A stretch of DNA of 22,558 nt from Candidatus Krumholzibacteriia bacterium (GTDB lineage Bacteria; Krumholzibacteriota; Krumholzibacteriia; WVZY01), in assembly GCA_036478295.1 (NCBI GenBank), contig JAZGDW010000038.1:1-22558 (forward strand), given 5' to 3'. Under the pieces are notes generated by a model, which did not search any database, was not told the DNA's origin, and saw only the letters and a list, made by a program, of their open reading frames with translations. This document shows positions 16,020-22,558 of this stretch, one piece after another. The position numbers were made by a program, and so were the translations under genes. The number at the start of each line of letters is the position of its first letter. Within the stretch, counting starts at the first letter, position 1.

Positions 16020-16706
16020 TCAGCGGACCGGCAGGCTCGACACCAGAGCTTTGACCACCCTTATCGCCACTTCCTTCGGCTCCGGCGCCTTGTACACTTT
16101 CGCGCCGGGATCACGCCGTACGCTACCCGCGGCGGTCCGGCTCACGGTGCGGTCGGTAGTCTCGGTGCGGGCGCCCTCCAGATAATCCTCATCGCTCGCC
16201 TGGAAAAGAATGCTCCCGTCACTCGTGCTGAGAATGGTGACAGTCGCACCTACGTAGGTCGTGGGCGCCGCGTTCTCCCGATAGTCCACCTCGTCCTGCT
16301 GCCACAGATCCACGACGCCGATCAAGACCGCATCCACCTGCAGCGCCTGCGCAAGCCTGGTCAAGAAACCCGTATCGGCCCGCTGGAATTTTCTCCACTC
16401 ATCCACGAAACGCTCCGCGTCCCCCGCCAGGCCTTCACCCTGCAGGGCATAGTTAACCGACGCCGGCGACATGAATTTGTAATCCCGCCGCGTGTCGAGT
16501 TCCGCACGAAACAGTCGATCCATGGTTCGGGGCGCCACCTCATCGGGATCGTCCGTACGATGAAGGGAACTCGCAAACGGAAAGACCGCGATCTTCTCTA
16601 TCGATCCTTCCTTGATCGAAGGATCGACGTAGAGCCTGACGGGATGTTTCTTGCCGCAACCGACGACCAGCATGGGAATCAGCACCAGTAACAGATATTT
16701 CTTCAT
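16020..16706 (-). CDS. hypothetical lipoprotein (possibly GNA1162/DUF799- or CsgG/LpoB-like alpha/beta fold)
   Basis: MKKYLLLVLIPMLVVG-C lipobox; SD GAGGAG; IEKIAVFPF and LQVDAVLIG patterns. Confidence 0.75.
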   Translation of the reverse strand: MKKYLLLVLIPMLVVGCGKKHPVRLYVDPSIKEGSIEKIAVFPFASSLHRTDDPDEVAPRTMDRLFRAELDTRRDYKFMSPASVNYALQGEGLAGDAERFVDEWRKFQRADTGFLTRLAQALQVDAVLIGVVDLWQQDEVDYRENAAPTTYVGATVTILSTSDGSILFQASDEDYLEGARTETTDRTVSRTAAGSVRRDPGAKVYKAPEPKEVAIRVVKALVSSLPVR

Positions 16707-16735
16707 ACGATATACTCCTCGCGCAGTAAATCTAG

Positions 16736-16764
16736 ACACTAACGCCGCAAAACGCCAGTGTCAA
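16736..16764 (-). promoter_or_regulatory. sigma70 promoter for the lipoprotein-tadA-tRNA unit
   Basis: TTGACA, 17 nt, TAGTGT. Confidence 0.6.
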
Positions 16765-16804
16765 CCGGGCATTTGGTGCCGAAAATCACCGCCGGAAGCT
16801 TTCT

Positions 16805-16833
16805 TTGACACCATGTGCGCGAACTTCTAGAAT
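16805..16833 (+). promoter_or_regulatory. sigma70 promoter giving a leaderless mRNA
   Basis: TTGACA, 17 nt, TAGAAT; the ATG begins at the 7th nt after the -10. Confidence 0.75.
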
Positions 16834-16839
16834 GGACTC

Positions 16840-17946
16840 ATGAACCGCGCTGCCGCGCAGAAGCGCATCCTCCTCCTCGGCGATGCACGACAGGTACACC
16901 TCGCGCGTTGGGCGGATTACATCGCCTCAATCGGCTACGAAGTCTTGACGGTAAGTCTCGAGCCCAACGAGCGGGTGCCTGACCCCAAGCACCGCATTCG
17001 CCTGCCGCGTTTCCTGCCGCCGTTCGTCCGTTATCCGCTTGCGGTACCGGCAACGCGACGCCTGATCAGGGATTTCGCACCGCATGTGGTAAACGCACAT
17101 TTTCTCCCCAACTACGGGGTTATCGCCGCGATGGCCGGATTCTCTCCGTGGGTACTCAGCGCCTGGGGCAGTGACATCATGGTGCTGCCTCAAAGAAGTA
17201 TCTTTCACATGCAGCGTACGCGGCGAGTGCTCCGTAGCGCCGCGTTCATTACTTCAGACGCGCAGGTAATGAGTGAGCGGCTCGTCGAGCTGGGCGCCGC
17301 GCCCGAACGTGTGCTCACCTTTCCCTACGGTGTCGATCGCAAGTTGTTCCGACCCGCGGCGGAAAGCAGCGGAGCGCAGGGGCCTCGGATAATCAGCACC
17401 CGCAAACTGGAAGCGGTATACGACATCCCCACCGTACTGGCCGCTTTCCAGGGTCTGAAGCACAGCCTCAACACGGCGAGCCTGACCGTCGCTGGTGACG
17501 GCTCTCTGGCCACCCCGCTGTGTGAACAGGCGGCCACGTCGCCGTACCGCGAGTCGATTCGTTTCACGGGCGATGTGCCACACGGTGACATGCCCGCACT
17601 GCTGCGCGGACACGATATTTACGTATCGATGTCGGTGTCCGACACAACATCGGTGTCGCTGTTAGAGGCGATGGCCTGCGGGCTCCTGCCGATTGTCACG
17701 GATATCCCCGCCAACCGTGAATGGATCGAGTCCGGCCGCAACGGCCTATTGGTGCCAGTTGGCGACGCCGGGGCACTGGAAACTGCGATGGCCGCGGCGT
17801 GGCAAGATGCGGCGCTGCGCAAGAGCGCCGCGCTGGCAAACCACGCCGTGGTGGAGGAGCGGGCCGACTGGTCCGAGAACATGTCCGTGGTTGGTGCGCT
17901 TTTCGATCGGCTGGCCGGCAGCGCGCGTAACATGGATGCCGCTTGA
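16840..17946 (+). CDS. glycosyltransferase family 4 (GT-B)
   Basis: RILLLG, AWGSDI, GVD..LF, FTG.V, SDTTSVSLLEAMACG, TDIPANREWI..GRNGLLV. Confidence 0.9.
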   Translation: MNRAAAQKRILLLGDARQVHLARWADYIASIGYEVLTVSLEPNERVPDPKHRIRLPRFLPPFVRYPLAVPATRRLIRDFAPHVVNAHFLPNYGVIAAMAGFSPWVLSAWGSDIMVLPQRSIFHMQRTRRVLRSAAFITSDAQVMSERLVELGAAPERVLTFPYGVDRKLFRPAAESSGAQGPRIISTRKLEAVYDIPTVLAAFQGLKHSLNTASLTVAGDGSLATPLCEQAATSPYRESIRFTGDVPHGDMPALLRGHDIYVSMSVSDTTSVSLLEAMACGLLPIVTDIPANREWIESGRNGLLVPVGDAGALETAMAAAWQDAALRKSAALANHAVVEERADWSENMSVVGALFDRLAGSARNMDAA

Positions 17947-17971
17947 CCCGCCACGCAAACCCGAGTATAAA
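17943..17971 (+). promoter_or_regulatory. candidate sigma70 promoter for the ferredoxin
   Basis: TTGACC (overlapping the GT4 stop codon), 17 nt, TATAAA. Confidence 0.5.
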
Positions 17972-18024
17972 TGGAATGAATTTGCCGTCGGCCCAAGCGC
18001 CGGGCGGGGGAAAGGAGATCTGCA

Positions 18025-18330
18025 GTGACCTATACCGTCACCGACAATTGCAAGAAATGCCGTTACACGGACTGCGTGGTGGTGTGTCCCGTCGACTGTT
18101 TTCATGCCGATGCCGAGATGCTCTACATCGACCCAGACGAGTGCATCGACTGCGGCGCGTGCGTACCCGAGTGCCCGGTCGAGGCGATTCACCCCGAGGA
18201 TGAAGTGCCTGAACACCAGGTGGAATGGACACAAATCAACGCGGATCGCGCGCCCAAGCTACCGGTCATTACCGAGCAGGAATCCGCGCTGCCCACGGCC
18301 GAGGAACGAAAAAAGGAACTTGGTTACTGA
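18025..18330 (+). CDS. fdxA: 7Fe-type ([3Fe-4S][4Fe-4S]) ferredoxin, Azotobacter FdI/FdxA-like
   Basis: CKKCRYTDCVVVCPVDC and CIDCGACVPECP motifs with a C-terminal extension. GTG start with SD AAGGAG. Confidence 0.92.
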   Translation: MTYTVTDNCKKCRYTDCVVVCPVDCFHADAEMLYIDPDECIDCGACVPECPVEAIHPEDEVPEHQVEWTQINADRAPKLPVITEQESALPTAEERKKELGY

Positions 18331-18384
18331 ACGGCGCCGGTGACGGCGGCGGCTCCGTACGAGCGTCGTCCAAGATTTACATCG

Positions 18385-18417
18385 AGTCCTGAGCAACGCT
18401 CAGGACTTACTTTTTTT
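18385..18417 (+). terminator. intrinsic terminator of the ferredoxin gene, overlapping the 3' end of the DUF1684 gene
   Basis: Perfect 10-bp stem AGTCCTGAGC-AAC-GCTCAGGACT followed by TAC and T7. Confidence 0.7.
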
Positions 18418-19329
18418 GTATACCTTTTCACCGGCGGTAACGCTTGCGGGCAGGTGGTTCTGCCTGGGCGGAAGCGGGCAGGTGGTAAAATCCGAGAACG
18501 CGCACGGCGGGTTGTACGCCTTGTTGAAATCGATCACAACCTTGCCATCTACTCCTGGAGCGTCCACCACGAGAAAACGCCCCCCACCGTACGTCTCCGA
18601 TCCGCTGGTTCCATCGGCAAAGATAACGAAGAGGGTTGTATCGCCTGCTTCGGCGAGCACATCGAGGCGGTACGTCTTCCCGCCGATGTCGAACACGACG
18701 GCGCCGGTCGATATTTCGTTCGTACTAACATTACCGACGCTGACAATAGGGATGGTCCGTACTGGATCGTACACATCGAAAACTCCATCGATACGCCAAC
18801 GTGTGTCGATCGAAAAACTCTCGATATCTCCGAAACTGCGTATTGCTTCGCTGTTCGAATCCTTGAGCCGTATCGCGAATCTCTCGCCGCGTTTGATGGC
18901 GTACCACGTCAACGTGCCCAGCGTCAGCTCGGTTCGGTCGTGCTCCCTATCCTGATCGTGGTAGAGCCGCATCTTCTCGACCGTTTCGTCACCGGACCGG
19001 ACTCCAACACCGGGATGAACTTCGACCCTGATCCGGCCATCCTCGAGATAGAAGGCGCCCAGGCTCGCCGTCGCCTTGGACCCGGGGAAAACGATCTCGT
19101 TCAACGGATCGGTGCCGAAGCTATTCTTGCCCTCGTGCAACCAGTAGAGGCCCGTCAGTGTGAGGTAACCGCCGGGGCTTTTCAAGCGCTCTACGCGCCG
19201 AGCGCGCCAGGCCTGGATTTCTTCCTGATACGTCTCGAGTGTCACGGGTTCACCCGCGATACCGATATCCACCGTAGCCGCGGCAACCAGCAGACCTGCC
19301 AGAATCGGGCGTTTCAACCTGATATGCAT
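18400..19329 (-). CDS. DUF1684 domain secreted protein
   Basis: ETYGGGRFL and IDFNKAYNPPCAFS..TTCPLPP.QN.L..AGEK motifs. Signal peptide from ATG 19329, with GAGGA upstream. Confidence 0.9.
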   Translation of the reverse strand: MHIRLKRPILAGLLVAAATVDIGIAGEPVTLETYQEEIQAWRARRVERLKSPGGYLTLTGLYWLHEGKNSFGTDPLNEIVFPGSKATASLGAFYLEDGRIRVEVHPGVGVRSGDETVEKMRLYHDQDREHDRTELTLGTLTWYAIKRGERFAIRLKDSNSEAIRSFGDIESFSIDTRWRIDGVFDVYDPVRTIPIVSVGNVSTNEISTGAVVFDIGGKTYRLDVLAEAGDTTLFVIFADGTSGSETYGGGRFLVVDAPGVDGKVVIDFNKAYNPPCAFSDFTTCPLPPRQNHLPASVTAGEKVYKKSKS

Positions 19330-19379
19330 TGCATTTCCTCGTCCGTCCGGGTACGGTAAAATCACGACTTCGTACTCAT

Positions 19380-19408
19380 ATAATAGAGGAAGGCTTGCCA
19401 GGGAACAA
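19380..19408 (-). promoter_or_regulatory. candidate sigma70 promoter for the DUF1684 gene
   Basis: TTGTTC, 17 nt, TATTAT. Confidence 0.45.
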
Positions 19409-19481
19409 CCGGATTTGTGGCGCCGGTGCGCCACGAGTACCGTCAGCGGCACGGTGGGCATCGAGCTTGGGGGGAGATTTC

Positions 19482-20729
19482 ATGGCACATGATTCCGCGG
19501 AGATGAACGAACACACTCTGATCTACGACTGGAACGGGGTGGACAAAGAACCCGCGGCAGGCGCCGTGGTCGAGTTCGACGACGAGACGCTACGCGACGG
19601 CCTGCAGTCACCCTCCGTTACCGACCCCACCATCGACGAGAAAATCGAACTTCTCCACATGATGGTCGAACTGGGTATTAACGCGGCCGACATCGGTCTG
19701 CCCGGAGCCGGTCCTCGTGCCCTCGCGGCCGTCACCGCCCTGGCCAGGGAAATAGCGGATCACAAGCTGCCCATCGCCCCGAATTGCGCGGCCCGCACCG
19801 TGCAAGCAGATATCGACCCCATCGTGGAAGCCTCGCAAAAGGCGGGCTGTCCCATAGAGGCTTCGCTGTTCATCGGTTCCAGCCCCATACGCGAATACGT
19901 GGAAAACTGGACGCTCGACAAGATGCTCGAGAGGATAGAAAGCTCGGTAAGCTACGCGTTGAAGAAGGGCTTATCGGTAATGTTCGTGACCGAGGACACG
20001 ACCCGGGCGAACCCGGACGTCCTGAAGCGACTTTATACGACGGCGATCGAGTGCGGGGCGCGGCGGGTTTGCGTGGCGGACACGGTCGGACACGCCACTA
20101 CCCACGGCACAAAAATGTTGATTCGTTTCATCAACGACGTTATCAAGGAGACCGGCGAAACGGTCAAGGTCGACTGGCACGGTCACCGCGACCGTGGCCT
20201 GTCGGTGGCCAACTCGATCGCGGCCGTCGAGGCGGGCGCCAACCGGGTGCACGGTGCCGCGCTCGGCCTGGGCGAACGATGCGGTAACGCTCCCATGGAG
20301 CTTTTGCTAACCAACTTCCGCTTGCTGGGGTACATCGACAATGATCTGTCGAAGCTGAGTGCCTACTGCGAACTGGTGTCCAGCGTATGCGAGGTGCCTA
20401 TCCCCTTCAATCTCCCCGTGGTGGGCGCGGACGCATTCCGCACCTGCACGGGCGTACACGCGGCGGCTGTGATAAAGGCGATGAAAAAGGGGCACGACTG
20501 GCTCGCCAACCGCGTCTACTCGTCGGTACCCGCCGAATGGGTGGGGCGCCAGCAGGTCATCGAGGTAGGACCGATGAGCGGCGCCTCGAACGTCACATAC
20601 TGGCTGACCTCGCACGGTTACGAACCGCACGACGCGCTGGTCGACACGATCCTTCGCACGGCCAAGGATCGGAAGCAGCGGCTGACCGAAGAGGAGATCC
20701 GGGAGATCATTCAGACGGTGGAAAAATGA
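19482..20729 (+). CDS. LeuA/homocitrate synthase family DRE-TIM metallolyase lacking the C-terminal regulatory domain
   Basis: DETLRDGLQ, HGHRDRGL, GLGERCGNA, GVH, GPMSG. 415 aa from ATG 19482 with SD GGGGGAG. Confidence 0.88.
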   Translation: MAHDSAEMNEHTLIYDWNGVDKEPAAGAVVEFDDETLRDGLQSPSVTDPTIDEKIELLHMMVELGINAADIGLPGAGPRALAAVTALAREIADHKLPIAPNCAARTVQADIDPIVEASQKAGCPIEASLFIGSSPIREYVENWTLDKMLERIESSVSYALKKGLSVMFVTEDTTRANPDVLKRLYTTAIECGARRVCVADTVGHATTHGTKMLIRFINDVIKETGETVKVDWHGHRDRGLSVANSIAAVEAGANRVHGAALGLGERCGNAPMELLLTNFRLLGYIDNDLSKLSAYCELVSSVCEVPIPFNLPVVGADAFRTCTGVHAAAVIKAMKKGHDWLANRVYSSVPAEWVGRQQVIEVGPMSGASNVTYWLTSHGYEPHDALVDTILRTAKDRKQRLTEEEIREIIQTVEK

Positions 20730-20856
20730 AGAAACGCGCCGTCGCTCGCCGGCTCGTTTGACAAGCCTGGTTCGTAACACCGGCGGCGTACCGGTTCCCC
20801 CAGCGGTGACGGGAGCCGGGGAACGGAGCCCCCAACGCCGCGGTTCCAGCCCGCCC

Positions 20857-21531
20857 TTACCTGGGCCAGACCAACGCCGAGCGCCGCTCCATTTCGTCGA
20901 AGTCGGGCGCGGCAAGATGCTTGACGGCCAGCGCAAAGACCACGTTGTCCTCCCGGAACATATGTAACCGCAGGAGCTCGATCAGGGCCCTACCCTGTTC
21001 CAGGGCGGCATCGAGTGCGATCGCCCGCGACGGCGCGTCGGGCAACCGTGCAGCCAGTCCGAGAAAGTTGAATGTCACTGCGGCGAGCTGCATCATGCGG
21101 GCGTGATCGTCTTCGAGCATATCCACCGCCGTTTTCGGCAGTCGCCCTTTGCTGTGCTCGCCCGTCTCGATCAGCCGGTCGTGCAGCAGCGGGAATAGGA
21201 TTTTTTGCTCCACGAGGGAATGCCCCACGATTTGATCATCCAGGAAGGCGAAAAAATTGCGCAGCCCCTCGTCCACGTCTTTGTCCGGCTTGAGCCCGTT
21301 TTCCTGCAGCCGCGCCAGCGCCTCTTCGAAGGTCCCCAGTACGGTCTCAAAGTTTTTGTGGTCGTCCATCAGCTTCTGTAAAAACTTCGGCATCGCCTCG
21401 TACGGCACTTCGTCCATGGCCGGCGGCGCGTAGGCATCCGGCGGATCCATCGGCGAGAACTCCGGCGCTTTGGATTGCTTTTCAACGGAGCGTTTCAGCG
21501 GGTCGGTATTCTGCAGTTTTCTCAGGTCCAT
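20857..21531 (-). CDS. hemerythrin-like (HHE) domain protein
   Basis: LMDDH, HSLVEQKILFP, LEDDH, HMFREDNVVF. ATG 21531 has SD GGAG; an in-frame alternative ATG lies at 21642. Confidence 0.82.
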   Translation of the reverse strand: MDLRKLQNTDPLKRSVEKQSKAPEFSPMDPPDAYAPPAMDEVPYEAMPKFLQKLMDDHKNFETVLGTFEEALARLQENGLKPDKDVDEGLRNFFAFLDDQIVGHSLVEQKILFPLLHDRLIETGEHSKGRLPKTAVDMLEDDHARMMQLAAVTFNFLGLAARLPDAPSRAIALDAALEQGRALIELLRLHMFREDNVVFALAVKHLAAPDFDEMERRSALVWPR

Positions 21532-21705
21532 TGCGTTCTCCAGGGTCAAATGAGCGTCACTTGTGTAGGTTCTACGGATTCTTGACGTAGGCATTCGGTC
21601 TCGTGTAGAACCCACCTCTCCGGCGGTAGGGTGAGCAACCATAGAACGATATAAGCTCCTTGATTAATTCGAAATAACGCCCAGTGAACCGTTGCTATTT
21701 CCAGT

Positions 21706-22558
21706 TTATACGCCGCCCTCGATGCCCCGATAAGACTTGACCAAGATGGATACCAGCCGTCGCAGAAGCCCCAAAAAGGTCACACTCCATATTAGTACAC
21801 TTACATATATAAAGCCACGAGGAATAGCTGAGATTAAAGCAGAATCGATGGTGCGTCCCAACTGGAAAGTACAAGCTGTGTACATACCTAGCGGGAAGAC
21901 AAGACCCCAGTACCCTTGATTATATGATAATGGGAACCGCATTATTCCATGACGCCATATTGCAAGAAGTACCATGAGTGGAATCCACCAGGTAGCAGTC
22001 GCCCAATACCATAAAGTGAATCCCTTTAGAAATGGTAGTATTGATAGCAGTAGAGGAGAATCTGTAGCCCGTTGAATGAGCATCGAACCGGCTAGGGTTG
22101 AAATAGCCATAGCTCCCATATTGATCCAATACGGTGGCATGAGATCAGAGGGTCGAAATTTAAAGAATGTATATCGGTAAAAAATGAGCGAGATAAGCCA
22201 AATATAAAGCATTCCACCGCAGAGCCAGAGTGCAAGCATGATTGTAAGTGACCCCTCTTTTCCGACTCCGAGTTCCGGTGGGGCTAAACATCCTACCACG
22301 CACAATGACTGTGTACCGACAACTGCTACAAGCCATCCACCATTGATTCCTTCCGCAAGATCTGGCTTATCTCGTTTTACAGTAAGCGCACAAAAAATTC
22401 CATACATGAAAATAAGCCATAGCCCCGCTCCCAGATACCAAAGGATCTTTGCCGATAGAAAATCATTAGAAATAACGATGAGCTGTGCTGCTACCACACC
22501 CGTGGCTGCCACAAAGGTGAAAAATCCAACTCCTCTCGAATGATCAGAGAAGTCAGCT
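21706..22558 (-). CDS. tellurite-resistance/dicarboxylate transporter (TDT/SLAC1) family protein, 5' end outside the window
   Basis: Frame is open to the window edge (ADFSDHSRGVGFFTFVAA...); INGGWLVAVV, PPYWINMGAMAISTLAG, YWGLVFPLGMY; many transmembrane helices. Confidence 0.9.
   Translation of the reverse strand, partial: ADFSDHSRGVGFFTFVAATGVVAAQLIVISNDFLSAKILWYLGAGLWLIFMYGIFCALTVKRDKPDLAEGINGGWLVAVVGTQSLCVVGCLAPPELGVGKEGSLTIMLALWLCGGMLYIWLISLIFYRYTFFKFRPSDLMPPYWINMGAMAISTLAGSMLIQRATDSPLLLSILPFLKGFTLWYWATATWWIPLMVLLAIWRHGIMRFPLSYNQGYWGLVFPLGMYTACTFQLGRTIDSALISAIPRGFIYVSVLIWSVTFLGLLRRLVSILVKSYRGIEGGV

Noticed and set aside
21585..21625. Fluoride-riboswitch-like words (GGAGA...GUUCU...GCCUAC) upstream of the hemerythrin gene
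   Set aside because: The GAUG core and the GCUxAUGA segment are missing.
21660..21673. FNR-box half site TTGAT upstream of the hemerythrin gene
   Set aside because: The second half reads TCGAA rather than ATCAA, only 2 of 5 matches.
1..22558. CRISPR arrays, transposases, toxin-antitoxin or anti-phage genes
   Set aside because: No regularly spaced repeats, and no ORF with recognisable motifs of these classes.

Overview
GC-rich (roughly 60%) bacterial chromosomal window, mostly core genes, from a probably diderm organism (taxonomy cannot be fixed from this sequence alone). A long minus-strand run reads, in transcription order: lipoprotein, tadA, tRNA-Ser(GGA), tRNA-Ser(CGA), tRNA-Ala(CGC), large Alu-domain SRP RNA, dnaX, ybaB, recR, mglB, mglA, pgpA, cinA, thpR, recA, recX, alaS, SLBB polysaccharide export protein, glucose-1-phosphate thymidylyltransferase, gmhA. 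The right part holds a leaderless GT4 glycosyltransferase, a 7Fe-type ferredoxin, a DUF1684 protein, a short LeuA-family enzyme, a hemerythrin-domain protein and a low-GC TDT transporter cut by the window edge. No mobile element, CRISPR array or defence system is visible. The most interesting signals are: (1) a roughly 115-nt candidate sRNA between the two tRNA-Ser genes, with its own promoter, terminator and GGA motifs; (2) a CIRCE/HrcA-like operator lying exactly over a recA promoter inside the end of thpR, followed by a roughly 170-nt leader with twin hairpins and an anti-SD; (3) a TadA altered at normally conserved tRNA-recognition positions. All structures and promoters were read by eye, not computed.
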